From contig JAXHLX010000032.1 of NCBI GenBank assembly GCA_034521735.1, forward strand, positions 33,280-97,279: a stretch of 64,000 bases of DNA, read 5' to 3'. Below are positions 1 through 9,565 of the stretch, piece by piece. The position numbers were made by a program, and so were the translations under genes. Each line of letters starts with the position of its first letter. Within the stretch, counting starts at the first letter, position 1. Origin of the DNA: Bacteroidales bacterium. GTDB lineage: Bacteria > Bacteroidota > Bacteroidia > Bacteroidales > VadinHA17. The notes below the pieces were generated by a model, which saw only the letters and a list, made by a program, of their open reading frames with translations, was not told where the DNA came from and made no database searches.

Positions 1-2
1 CA

Positions 3-188
3 TCAATAGTATAATTCGTAGCCTTCTGTGCACTTGCCAGTCCATGGAACAGCATTATGCATATAAATAAATCTCATCATTTTTTTGTAAATAGTGTGAT
101 ACGTAAGGACAGGATATATTGAAAGCTGCATAGTCCTATTACTTTCACCGAAAGCTTCAGTTGTTATAACGGATAGCAGAGGCTGCAC
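3..188 (-). CDS. hypothetical protein, N-terminal part only (ORF runs off left edge of window)
   Basis: Open frame immediately downstream of alr on the same strand (GTG at 188, ATG at 131). No motif I recognise. Confidence 0.2.
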   Translation of the reverse strand: MQPLLSVITTEAFGESNRTMQLSIYPVLTYHTIYKKMMRFIYMHNAVPWTGKCTEGYELYY

Positions 189-1340
189 TTATTCAAGCAC
201 ATAACGTGGTATATGCTTGGGCAGGCGTGTTAATAATTCATAGTTAAGACTGTTATTCATATCACTGAAGGAGCTCACAGTGATGGTAAGATCACCCTGT
301 GTTCCTATCAGCACCACCTCATCCCCTTCCTGTACATCATTCAGGTCGGTTACATCAACTATCATCATATTCATATTCACTGAACCTATAACAGCCACCC
401 GCTTTTCATGTATAAGTACATGGCCCAGGTTGCTCAGGTTGCGGCTGAAGCCATATCCATATCCTACCGGAACGGTGGCGATAGTAGCCGGCCGGTTGGT
501 CAGGTAGGAGCTGCCATAGCTTATATACTCCCCTTCACCCACATGTTTTACGCTCATCACCTTACTCTTCCATGAGAGCACCCTTTTAAGAGGATCTTCA
601 GGGTATTTTTGTTTCAGAAGGTGGGTCATGCGTGTTTCACTGCTTGGCCAGAAGCCGTAACTTGAGATTCCTATGCGCACCATATCCATAGCCGTCTCCG
701 GGAAATTGAGTACGGCTGCAGAGCAGGCGGTATGCCGGTACCGGGGTTTAATCCCTCTGTCAGCCAACCAGCTGCAGAGCCTGTTAAATGTACTGATCTG
801 CTGCTGTATCCTCTCATAATTACTTATGGTTTCAGCACCGGCAAAATGTGTGCATACACCTTCCACCACCACATCCCCACTGAATTCTTCCAGCATTTTG
901 ATCACATCAGGCAACTCATCTTCACAAAAACCGGTACGATGCATCCCTGTCTCAATTTCGAGATGGATACGGGCAGGCTTATTCAGTCCCGATGCTACAC
1001 GGCAGGCTGCCTTTAAGCGGTCAACTGAGAATACATAAAAGGAAACATCATGATCTACGGCCCATGCCAGCTCATCATTATCAATCCATCCCATAATCAT
1101 CAGGTCACATTCACTCTTTTTAACCTTATATGCCCTCATGGCCTCGGCAACACTGAACACAGAGAAATGATCCACACCACACTCTTCAATCAGTGGTAAA
1201 AGATCCTCTATACCATGTCCGTATGCGTTGGCTTTGATAACCATTGAATAACGTGTGCCTTCTTTCAGGAAAGTTTTTAAAAACCTGATATTGGTATTCA
1301 GGGCTTTTTTACTCAGTTCTATATATGAAGTATGCAACAT
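189..1340 (-). CDS. alr: alanine racemase
   Basis: 383-aa ORF with ATG start. N-terminal PLP-lysine motif 'VIKANAYGHG' and family-typical length. Confidence 0.93.
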   Translation of the reverse strand: MLHTSYIELSKKALNTNIRFLKTFLKEGTRYSMVIKANAYGHGIEDLLPLIEECGVDHFSVFSVAEAMRAYKVKKSECDLMIMGWIDNDELAWAVDHDVSFYVFSVDRLKAACRVASGLNKPARIHLEIETGMHRTGFCEDELPDVIKMLEEFSGDVVVEGVCTHFAGAETISNYERIQQQISTFNRLCSWLADRGIKPRYRHTACSAAVLNFPETAMDMVRIGISSYGFWPSSETRMTHLLKQKYPEDPLKRVLSWKSKVMSVKHVGEGEYISYGSSYLTNRPATIATVPVGYGYGFSRNLSNLGHVLIHEKRVAVIGSVNMNMMIVDVTDLNDVQEGDEVVLIGTQGDLTITVSSFSDMNNSLNYELLTRLPKHIPRYVLE

Positions 1341-1383
1341 AGCTGATGAGTTTTTTTATTCTGCATAATAAGAGGGACTTTGT

Positions 1384-1391
1384 CAAAGATA
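1384..1391 (-). promoter_or_regulatory. candidate Bacteroidota -7 promoter box (TATCTTTG, consensus TAnnTTTG) for alr
   Basis: Plus-strand caaagata is TATCTTTG on the minus strand, 44-51 nt upstream of the alr ATG. The same octamer recurs at 6564, 12888 and 47596. Confidence 0.35.
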
Positions 1392-1449
1392 ATTAAATAA
1401 GAAGATACCCCGGGTTCACATCAAAGCTTAATAACATATGCACCGGTAT

Positions 1450-2409
1450 TCAAGTCTTTATGCCGGGAGCAGAGTCCGGTACAGGTACCCTGATCCTGCT
1501 GAGGACTGATGCAAGGCCAATTCCTGTGGCCATCTGCCAGATCCCCCACCATGCAGCCATAAAGGCCATTCCGCCATTGGCAGCAAAAAGATTTGGATTG
1601 AATATAAGAACCAGGGCCAGGCCTGAGTTCTGTATACCTGTCTCTATGCTTAAAGTCCGCCTGTCACGCACAGGCACACGGCCAATGGTCCCAACCAGGT
1701 ATCCCGTGAAGAGAGTCTGGATGTTTAGCAACATTACAATGACACCAATAGGCAACACATAGCCTGGTATGTATTCCATGTTTGCCCATAGCGCCCCTAT
1801 AATAAATGTCATATAAAAAAATACAGAAACGATCTTAACCTGCTTAAGGTATTTTTTTGTGGTAGCAGGGAATTTATAGGCAAACAGCATACCCGCAATA
1901 AGAGGTAGACCCAGGAGGATAAACACTGTTTTGGCCATGGCCAGAAAATCGATCTGTATGGGGATATTCAAATGCTTTGCTTTCTCATAATACCTGACAT
2001 AGAGACCGCCCCAGAAAGCAAAATTAATAGGAGTCAAAAAGGTAGCCCCCAGGGTGGCAAAGGCAGTCAGGCTGACAGACAACTCGATATTGGCCTTTGC
2101 AAGTGCAGAGATAAAGTTGGAAACATTGCCTCCCGGGCAGGCAGCAATAAGTATCATTCCCATAGCAATGGAAGCAGGCGGATTAATCAGAATAACCAGG
2201 CCGAATGCCAGTGTTGGCAATAAAAGAAACTGTGAAAAAATGCCCAGCAGGGCTGAGCGTGGATTCAACAATAACTTCCTGAAATTCTCAACTCTTATCT
2301 CCAGGGCAACACCAAACATTATTACCGCAAGAGTGATGTTCATATAAAGAAGTCCGCCTTCACTGAAATTAAGACGTATATCATCAATTGAGGATAGGGC
2401 TTCGAACAT
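1450..2409 (-). CDS. bile acid:sodium symporter (BASS/SBF-like) family transporter
   Basis: Polytopic membrane ORF (track 1450..2433 starts at GTG; first ATG at 2409). The 'LNITLAVIMFGVALEI' N-terminal pattern and ~320-aa size fit the BASS family. Confidence 0.8.
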   Translation of the reverse strand: MFEALSSIDDIRLNFSEGGLLYMNITLAVIMFGVALEIRVENFRKLLLNPRSALLGIFSQFLLLPTLAFGLVILINPPASIAMGMILIAACPGGNVSNFISALAKANIELSVSLTAFATLGATFLTPINFAFWGGLYVRYYEKAKHLNIPIQIDFLAMAKTVFILLGLPLIAGMLFAYKFPATTKKYLKQVKIVSVFFYMTFIIGALWANMEYIPGYVLPIGVIVMLLNIQTLFTGYLVGTIGRVPVRDRRTLSIETGIQNSGLALVLIFNPNLFAANGGMAFMAAWWGIWQMATGIGLASVLSRIRVPVPDSAPGIKT

Positions 2410-2712
2410 ATAAATATTATTAAAATAAGGCACTAAGATAAAATATTTTTTTAAAGATGAATATCCGTGTTAATATGTAGACATTTCACCCCAATGTGAG
2501 TATTGGTAAGTACATTGATTTTCTTTGAATCATAAAGAGATGTGCAATCCATATCATTGAATTACTGACATTTATTTCTATTCCGGAAAACAAACTCTGA
2601 AACAGACAAAGAGAATGGCATGATATTATAGATTAGTTAATCGTAATTTATTATATACATGTGCTTAACATATTTTTATCATTAGATTACAAGAATTTAA
2701 AAAACTTACATT

Positions 2713-2913
2713 ATGAAAGTTGCAGGTATTGTATTATTAATTATAGGTATTGTCGGAACAATCGTATTCGGAATCAAGGCCCTCGACCAATCTGAATCCT
2801 TTGATGTGCTCGGGGCTGAAGTAGCTGTAAGCACTGGAAACTGGGCCCCCGTTATAATCAGCGCAGTAGTAGCCATTATAGGTTTTATCCTGATGAGCGT
2901 CGGAAAAAAATAA
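2713..2913 (+). CDS. small membrane protein (two predicted TM helices)
   Basis: 66-aa ORF with two hydrophobic helices, in an AT-rich intergenic setting. The antisense ORF 2706..2918 looks less protein-like. Confidence 0.45.
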   Translation: MKVAGIVLLIIGIVGTIVFGIKALDQSESFDVLGAEVAVSTGNWAPVIISAVVAIIGFILMSVGKK

Positions 2914-2971
2914 GGCAAGTTAAGGTATTAAGCGATACCGGCTTATCTTTTCTTTATGATTGATCCTGTTT

Positions 2972-3571
2972 TCAATCATTTATTCCAGGCCTGTTAACAT
3001 TATCGGCTTTAAATCCCAGGACAAACAGAACAAGTGCAATAAATATGCATACAGCCGTGGCATAATCATACTGTCCTGTCATACGGTATGACAGACTGAA
3101 AATAAAAGGTCCCAATGCACTGCCTATAACCGTCCAGCTCATAACATATCCCGAAATGGCACCAAGGTGCTTCAAGCCAAAGAACCTTGGCCAGGTAACG
3201 GCAGACAACACACCGAACATACCCTGCATAATACCGTTGCCAATGATTAAAACCCACCTGATAAGTGGAGAGGCATCAAGAAAAAGAAGAGCGGTCATAC
3301 TGATAAGCATACCGCAGAGCTGCAATATCAGGAAATATTTCAGTTTGAGGTAGTCGCTCAGCCAGCTGCCGAAGAAATGAAATGAAACGGCCACAAGGGA
3401 TATGGGAAGGAAAATTGTTATGGCAGCACCCTGATCATATCCGTTCACGTCGAAAACAGATATAACATGAAAAGTAAAAGCAGTGATATAAAGTGCCTGC
3501 AGTGAGAGTGACAGGTTGAATATCCAGAAGGAATAGGTCGACCTTGCTTCCTTCAGGGTATATTCCTTCAA
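2972..3571 (-). CDS. MFS transporter, C-terminal six-TM half (fragment of a frameshifted gene)
   Basis: 199-aa ORF with about 6 TM helices and a TTG pseudo-start. Its frame stays open upstream and reads DDPNLPLLKEYTLKEAR, continuing the central loop of the upstream fragment. Confidence 0.75.
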   Translation of the reverse strand: MKEYTLKEARSTYSFWIFNLSLSLQALYITAFTFHVISVFDVNGYDQGAAITIFLPISLVAVSFHFFGSWLSDYLKLKYFLILQLCGMLISMTALLFLDASPLIRWVLIIGNGIMQGMFGVLSAVTWPRFFGLKHLGAISGYVMSWTVIGSALGPFIFSLSYRMTGQYDYATAVCIFIALVLFVLGFKADNVNRPGIND

Positions 3572-4326
3572 TAATGGCAGGTTAGGATCATCCCTGTCTT
3601 TCCTTCTTTTCCCTTCCCGTCAGGTACCAGTCCGTACATAGCCGGGTTATCCCTGAAAAAGATAAACGAAAATACGACAAAGATAAAAGAGACCAGTCCG
3701 AACATATTCCAGGCACCCTGCCAGGTAAAATTATTTATGAGCATATCAATAACCTGCGGCGAGTATGAAAAACCGAATGAGATGGTGATGCCCACTATCG
3801 CATTTGCAAAGCCACGCCTTCTCTCAAACCACTTCATCACCATATTGCGTGATGTCATTGTAATGACACCCTGTCCGAAGAATCTGAGTGAAAAGAATCC
3901 GGCCGTTAACAGGACAAAAGCTATTATGGCAGGATCGATAAATGACATTAATAAGGATACGGATATACTCAGCCTGGCAATACGTGAAAGGTATAAGAGG
4001 GTCAGGCCCATTAACACACCGGCAATCATGATCACAGGCCTTACACCGTACCTGTCATACATCCTCCCTGCAAAAGGTATACACAGGCCGCTCAGTATTG
4101 TGCCAATCATATATGCCATGCTGAGGTTCACCCTGCCAATATGAAGAGCTGCGATAAGGGGATCGGTAAAAACAGAAACACCTATTGTCTGTCCGGGTAT
4201 GCTCATAATCATACCGATAATACCGGCAAAGATCACCACCCATCCATAAAATAATGGCCATTTTACCGGTTTAAAAGGAATACTTTTAAACCTTTCATAA
4301 AATAATTCATCATTTTTATTCTTCAT
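3568..4326 (-). CDS. MFS transporter, N-terminal six-TM half (fragment of a frameshifted gene)
   Basis: 252-aa ORF with about 6 TM helices. It ends in the loop '...PDGKGKEGKTG', then 8 out-of-frame residues and a stop overlapping the next ORF. Confidence 0.75.
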   Translation of the reverse strand: MKNKNDELFYERFKSIPFKPVKWPLFYGWVVIFAGIIGMIMSIPGQTIGVSVFTDPLIAALHIGRVNLSMAYMIGTILSGLCIPFAGRMYDRYGVRPVIMIAGVLMGLTLLYLSRIARLSISVSLLMSFIDPAIIAFVLLTAGFFSLRFFGQGVITMTSRNMVMKWFERRRGFANAIVGITISFGFSYSPQVIDMLINNFTWQGAWNMFGLVSFIFVVFSFIFFRDNPAMYGLVPDGKGKEGKTGMILTCHY

Positions 4327-4406
4327 CCAAAGCGGGCAGCTAAAATAAGATATAAACTAAGGGTAGAACCAATAAAAACAAAAAGTTTTCGGAACGCATG
4401 AAACTG

Positions 4407-6437
4407 CTATGATAGCAGCATTACCTTAACCTGTTCATATACATTGTCTGCAGTAAATCCAAACTTTTCGTCCAGCACATTATAGGGCGCTGAGTAGCCG
4501 AAATGATCAAGTCCCCATACAGCACCATTTTCGCCAACCAGGCGCGATAAAGTGGAGGGTAATCCGGCCGTCAGACCAAACCGTGGTATGCCGGGAGGCA
4601 GTACGGTATCCCTGTACCCGCGATCCTGACGCATAAACAATCCTTCGGAAGGAACGGACACAACCCTTACCTTTAGCTTATCACGATCCCTCAGCAGACC
4701 GGCACCAGCGACCAGTGTACTTACTTCCGAGCCGCTTGCAAGAAGTACCACATCGGGATTTTCATCACTGCCGCTCACTATATATGCACCTTTCTCAGCA
4801 GCACGGGCATCCTCATACCTGCTGCCGGCAGAGGGCAGGTCAGTAATGTTCTGTCTCGACAGTATCAGTGCTGTGGGAGAGCTGGTATTCTCAAGTGCCA
4901 TCTGCCAGCAAATAGTTGTCTCACAGGCATCGGCAGGACGCAATACCAGCATGCTGTTTCCTGCATGGTTCTTCAGCTGTTCCATTAACCTTATCTGTAC
5001 CTCATGTTCAACGGGCTGGTGTGTGGGTCCGTCCTCCCCCACCCTGAAAGCATCATGGCTCCATATATATTTAACGGGTAAGCCCATAAGGGCAGCCAGC
5101 CTGACTGCAGGCTTCATATAATCGGAGAATACGAAAAATGTACCGCAAACAGGTATAACCCCGCCATGCAGTGCCATGCCATTCATTATGGCTGCCAGTG
5201 TCAACTCTGACACACCACCCTGCAGAAACTGCCCTGAAAAATCACCCTTACTGAATTCTTTTGTTTCCTTGAGGAAGCCGTCTGTTTTGTCTGAATTAGC
5301 CAGGTCGGCAGATGAAACAATCATATTTTCTATCTCTCCGGCATAGACAGCAAGGACAGCCGAGGACGCAGCCCTGGTGGCTATATCTTCCTTCTGCTCA
5401 ATCTTTCCATAGTCAATATCCGGCAGCTTAGCGGAAAAGAAAGTTTCCAGTTTATCCGCCAGGTCATGATACTCATCAGTCCACTCCTTCTCTCTCTTCC
5501 TGAATAGTTTTACTTCTTCCCTTTTTTTGTCAAGCACACCAGCATACAGTTTCTTCACCTCATCAAAAACCATAAACGGATCATCCACATCGCCACCCAG
5601 GTTAAGTATTGATTTTTCAAAAGAAGCCCCTGCCTTACTCACAGGCTGCCCATGTGTTGAGCTTTTCCCCTCGAATGAACGGCCTTCATCATCCAATAGC
5701 CCCTTTCCCATTATCGTTTTTCCGATTATCAGGCTGGGCCTGCCTTTCTCATTATTGGCAGAATCAAGGGCTTTCCTTATCTGTGCCTGATCATTACCGT
5801 CAATGTTAATAACATGCCAGCCCCAGGCCCTGTACTTGGCAGCCGTATCTTCAGAGGTAACAATATTTGTTTCTGTTGATAACTGTATATCATTACTGTC
5901 ATAAAACATTACAAGGTTATCCAGTCCGAGGTGACCGGCTATACGTCCCGCTCCCTGCGATATCTCCTCCTGCACACCACCGTCGGAGATAAAGGTGTAT
6001 ATTTTATGTGTCATCCACTCCCCGAACCGCTGTGTCAGGAACTTTTCTGTAATGGCAGCACCCACTGCATTTGTATGGCCCTGTCCGAGCGGACCGGATG
6101 TGTTTTCCACTCCTGCTTCAGGATTTGCCTCGGGATGACCTGGCGCAGCACTCTGCCACTGCCTGAAATTTTTAATGTCGTCAATTGACATAAGATTACT
6201 TAAGGCCAGAACAGAATACAGCATAGGTGACATATGGCCCGGATCGAGAAAAAACCTGTCGCGATGTCTCCACTCAGGCCGCTCCGGATCAAAGCGCATG
6301 TATTCCGAGAAAAGTATGTGTATAAAATCAGCTCCTCCCATTGCTCCACCGGGATGTCCTGATTTAGCTTTCTCAACCATTGCCATTGATAATAACCTGA
6401 TATTATCAGCGGCTTTTATATTAATGTCAGTTGCCAT
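4407..6437 (-). CDS. tkt: transketolase
   Basis: 676-aa ORF. N-terminal 'KSGHPGGAMGGADF' ThDP-binding region, with conserved transketolase blocks throughout. Confidence 0.95.
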   Translation of the reverse strand: MATDINIKAADNIRLLSMAMVEKAKSGHPGGAMGGADFIHILFSEYMRFDPERPEWRHRDRFFLDPGHMSPMLYSVLALSNLMSIDDIKNFRQWQSAAPGHPEANPEAGVENTSGPLGQGHTNAVGAAITEKFLTQRFGEWMTHKIYTFISDGGVQEEISQGAGRIAGHLGLDNLVMFYDSNDIQLSTETNIVTSEDTAAKYRAWGWHVINIDGNDQAQIRKALDSANNEKGRPSLIIGKTIMGKGLLDDEGRSFEGKSSTHGQPVSKAGASFEKSILNLGGDVDDPFMVFDEVKKLYAGVLDKKREEVKLFRKREKEWTDEYHDLADKLETFFSAKLPDIDYGKIEQKEDIATRAASSAVLAVYAGEIENMIVSSADLANSDKTDGFLKETKEFSKGDFSGQFLQGGVSELTLAAIMNGMALHGGVIPVCGTFFVFSDYMKPAVRLAALMGLPVKYIWSHDAFRVGEDGPTHQPVEHEVQIRLMEQLKNHAGNSMLVLRPADACETTICWQMALENTSSPTALILSRQNITDLPSAGSRYEDARAAEKGAYIVSGSDENPDVVLLASGSEVSTLVAGAGLLRDRDKLKVRVVSVPSEGLFMRQDRGYRDTVLPPGIPRFGLTAGLPSTLSRLVGENGAVWGLDHFGYSAPYNVLDEKFGFTADNVYEQVKVMLLS

Positions 6438-6475
6438 ATTATGTATTATTATTAAGATATATTAGAAATTACAGG

Positions 6476-6483
6476 CAAAAGTA
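6476..6483 (-). promoter_or_regulatory. candidate -7 box (TACTTTTG) for tkt
   Basis: Plus-strand caaaagta is TACTTTTG on the minus strand, about 40 nt upstream of the tkt ATG (6437). Confidence 0.35.
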
Positions 6484-6563
6484 AAAAAAACAGGAGAATC
6501 TCATTTATTATTCCGGCATTAATAATCAACAAATCCGCTGTTAACCCGTTTAAATAATAATAT

Positions 6564-6571
6564 TATCTTTG
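6564..6571 (+). promoter_or_regulatory. candidate -7 box (TATCTTTG) for the metal-efflux operon
   Basis: Exact TAnnTTTG match 76 nt upstream of ATG 6647. Confidence 0.35.
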
Positions 6572-6646
6572 ATCCGGTAATGTATTATTATAATCCTGTT
6601 TAAAAAACAAGTTCTGAGGAAAGCTATAAAAATAAAGACAGTTCTG

Positions 6647-7018
6647 ATGCTCCTGGCGTGGTCGGTAATCTTCCTTCACGGGATAATACCGCATAACCAT
6701 CATGATCACCGGGATGCTCAATGTCATAATATACTGCACCATGATTGCTCAGATGATAAGGATAATATCTTTGATGACCGGCATCATTATCACCTGGCAT
6801 CTTCAGGAGATGATAATGAGCACTCATCACTAATCTGTCATTTCACAAGCGAACTGGTGAACAGTGCCGGGCAGGACCATGCCTTTATTCACCAGGCCGG
6901 CCTGCATCTGGACTCACTGCCCATTATTGTATGCCAGTATATCTCCGTAATCAAAAGCAGCCGGATAAATAAGCCCGCCCTAAGGCTTATGCCGCTCAGG
7001 GCACCCCCGCTCGCCTGA
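6647..7018 (+). CDS. small His/Asp/Cys-rich protein, putative metal-binding accessory of the RND efflux operon
   Basis: 123-aa ORF with a hydrophobic N-terminus (LLAWSVIFLHGII) followed by 'PHNHHDHRDAQCHNILHHDCSDD...DDRHHYH'. It is the first gene of the operon. Function is inferred from composition and context only. Confidence 0.5.
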   Translation: MLLAWSVIFLHGIIPHNHHDHRDAQCHNILHHDCSDDKDNIFDDRHHYHLASSGDDNEHSSLICHFTSELVNSAGQDHAFIHQAGLHLDSLPIIVCQYISVIKSSRINKPALRLMPLRAPPLA

Positions 7019-7102
7019 TCATATTCAAAGTCATCATTTCTCAATTTTAATCATTTGCCCGGCCGGCAGATGAGATATCCGGATTATTATAAAATTAAAA
7101 AC

Positions 7103-8413
7103 ATGAGATCAATAACAGTATTTATAGCCCTGGCTTACCTGGCATTTATGCCTTCCTGCAATAACTCAGACCAAGGTAGAGCTAACGGTCAAGAGCATAT
7201 AAACCATACGGAGGAGTCCGCAAATCACCTCCATGATGAAGGAGAAGCCGGTCATGATCATGAAGAGGACCAGGAAGGAGGCCTGCATCAGCATGATGCA
7301 GCTGAAAATGATCATCAGCATGAGGAAGCCGGTCACGACCATGAAGAAACGGATACCGGACATATCCAGGACCAGGCAGAAGACAGTCATGATCATGATG
7401 AGGATCTTTTGACAGTCGGCGAAGGATACCGCACTGCCACTGTTGAGCCTGCTGATTTCAGCTTTGTCTATAAAACAAGCGGACAGCTGCTGACGGATAA
7501 TAAAGATGAGCAAATCATCGCGGCATCCACATCCGGCATTATCAGCTTCAGCTCCCACCTGCTCTACCCCGGGGTAAAAGTAAAGACAGGGCAGCAGCTG
7601 TTTATTGTTTCAGGTAAAAATATGACTGAAAATAACAGTGATATTGAGTACCGTAAATTAAAAGCAGAGTACATTGCTGCCGAGGAGAATTTTGAAAGGG
7701 CACAAAGACTGATTGAAGATAAGCTTATTACCAGGGAACATTACCTTGAAGCCAGGCTTGCCCGGGAAAAGCTGCGCTCCGAGTATGATAATTTCACCGG
7801 AATAATCAGTGATAAAGGCAGTATAATACCCTCCCCCGCTGAGGGCTATATTAAAGATCTCTATGTAAGGGAAGGTCAGATGGTACGAACCGGCGACAGG
7901 ATAGCCTCGGTAATAACAGAAAACAACATGATACTGAAGGCAGATATCCCGGCCAGTGACTTTGGAATAATAAAGGAAATAAAAGCGGCAAATTTCACAA
8001 CAGCTTACAGCCCGCATGTCTACTCGACTGAAGAACTGAACGGAGAGATAATATCCTATGGAAGAAGTACAGGAGATGACTCATATTATATCCCGCTTTA
8101 TTTCAGGCTTAATTATAACAATGACCTTCTGCCCGGTACTTTTGCTGATATATGGCTTAAGGGGAAAACCATGAATGATGTAATACTGGTGCCCAACGAG
8201 GCGCTGATGGAAGAATATGGCAGGATATATGTTTTCATGGCAGAGGGGGAAAGCTTTGAGAAAAGATATATTAAATGCGGTAAAACCGACGGTTATGTCA
8301 CCCATGTCCTGGAAGGACTGGAAGAAGGGGACGAAATAGTAACAGAGGGCACATACAGGATTAAGCTGATGTTGCAGGGATCAGACTTACCGGAACTCAG
8401 TCATAATCATTAA
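7103..8413 (+). CDS. efflux RND transporter periplasmic adaptor (CzcB/CusB-like) with His-rich N-terminal extension
   Basis: Lipoprotein-type start 'MRSITVFIALAYLAFMPSC' at ATG 7103 (the track ORF starts at TTG 7055). About 75 aa are rich in H/E/D, with 'EAGHDHEE' repeated. The C-terminal part is membrane-fusion-protein-like, and the gene sits directly upstream of the pump. Confidence 0.85.
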   Translation: MRSITVFIALAYLAFMPSCNNSDQGRANGQEHINHTEESANHLHDEGEAGHDHEEDQEGGLHQHDAAENDHQHEEAGHDHEETDTGHIQDQAEDSHDHDEDLLTVGEGYRTATVEPADFSFVYKTSGQLLTDNKDEQIIAASTSGIISFSSHLLYPGVKVKTGQQLFIVSGKNMTENNSDIEYRKLKAEYIAAEENFERAQRLIEDKLITREHYLEARLAREKLRSEYDNFTGIISDKGSIIPSPAEGYIKDLYVREGQMVRTGDRIASVITENNMILKADIPASDFGIIKEIKAANFTTAYSPHVYSTEELNGEIISYGRSTGDDSYYIPLYFRLNYNNDLLPGTFADIWLKGKTMNDVILVPNEALMEEYGRIYVFMAEGESFEKRYIKCGKTDGYVTHVLEGLEEGDEIVTEGTYRIKLMLQGSDLPELSHNH

Positions 8414-8423
8414 ACCGCAGATC

Positions 8424-9464
8424 ATGCTAAACAGAATAATAGATTTCTCACTTAAAAACAGGCTTACAATACTTATTTCAGCCCTTGTTTTACTTCTCTC
8501 GGGAACATATATAAGCAGCAATATGGATATTGATGTATTCCCTGAGCTGACGGCGCCAACAGTGGTGATTATGACCGAAGCGCCCGGTATGGCTCCCCAG
8601 GAGGTGGAAAGGCTGGTAACCTTCCCCCTGGAAACAGCAGTGAACGGGTCAACGGGAATAAGAAGGGTAAGATCCAGCTCATCAATGGGCTTCTCCATTG
8701 TATGGGTTGAGTTCGACTGGAAAACAGATATTTACCATGCCCGCCAGACCATAACAGAAAGGATCATACAGGTAAGTGCTGAAATGCCACAGGGAGTCAA
8801 CAAGCCGGTGCTGGCACCACAGTCATCACTGCTGGGAGAGATGATGATACTGGCAATTGAATCGGACTCGGTCAGTGATATGGACCTCAGGACCTTTGCC
8901 GAATGGAACCTGCGGCCGCGACTGCTGTCCATCCCGGGTGTTGCCCAGGTTACAACCATAGGCGGTGAATTCAAGGAGTACCAGGTACTGGCCGACCCTT
9001 ACCGTATGAAACACTACCAGGTAAGCATGAATGAGCTTGAAGCAGTATGCAGAGGTCTTAACAGTAATTCATCAGGAGGCTTTATTAACCAGTACGGCAA
9101 TATATATCACGTCAGAGGTATTGCACGCACCACCAATACTGATGAAATAGGCAATGCAGTAATAAAAACACATAATGGTCTGCCCGTAAAAATAAAAGAT
9201 GTTGCGGATGTAAGTACAGGACCTGCACCAATGATCGGCGAAGGATCATATAATGCAGGAAATGCGGTGCTGCTGAATATTGTAAAGCAGCCAGACATAA
9301 ATACGGTTAACCTTACAAAAGAAATACGACGGACCATAGAAGATATTGAAGCCAATACTAGCAGGGATATAAGTATACACAGTGATATATATAACCAGGC
9401 CGACTTCATTAATGTCTCGGTCAGAAATGTGATGCGGGCACTGATAGAGGGGGTATTTTCGTAA
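8424..9464 (+). CDS. heavy-metal efflux RND permease (CzcA/CusA family), N-terminal fragment
   Basis: 346-aa ORF starting 'MLNRIIDFSLKNRLTILI...'. It stops just after '...RALIEG', where the family sequence continues in the adjacent frame. Confidence 0.9.
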   Translation: MLNRIIDFSLKNRLTILISALVLLLSGTYISSNMDIDVFPELTAPTVVIMTEAPGMAPQEVERLVTFPLETAVNGSTGIRRVRSSSSMGFSIVWVEFDWKTDIYHARQTITERIIQVSAEMPQGVNKPVLAPQSSLLGEMMILAIESDSVSDMDLRTFAEWNLRPRLLSIPGVAQVTTIGGEFKEYQVLADPYRMKHYQVSMNELEAVCRGLNSNSSGGFINQYGNIYHVRGIARTTNTDEIGNAVIKTHNGLPVKIKDVADVSTGPAPMIGEGSYNAGNAVLLNIVKQPDINTVNLTKEIRRTIEDIEANTSRDISIHSDIYNQADFINVSVRNVMRALIEGVFS

Positions 9465-9565
9465 TAATAATATTATTTATATTCCTGCTTAACACACGGA
9501 CCACGCTGATCTCCCTGCTGGCAATACCCCTGTCACTGCTGTTTTCAATAATAACACTTAGGTTA

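Noticed and set aside
6624-6830. 68-aa His-rich ORF antisense to the small His-rich gene.
   Set aside because: It mirrors the composition of the sense ORF. It has no plausible start context, whereas the sense ORF heads the operon.
9449-9453. Programmed ribosomal frameshift or phase-variable switch in the czcA-like gene (also glgE C5 and glgX T5).
   Set aside because: The runs are only 5 nt, with no slippery heptamer and pseudoknot arrangement that I can see. The same kind of lesion hits unrelated housekeeping genes and a tRNA, so error is the simpler explanation.
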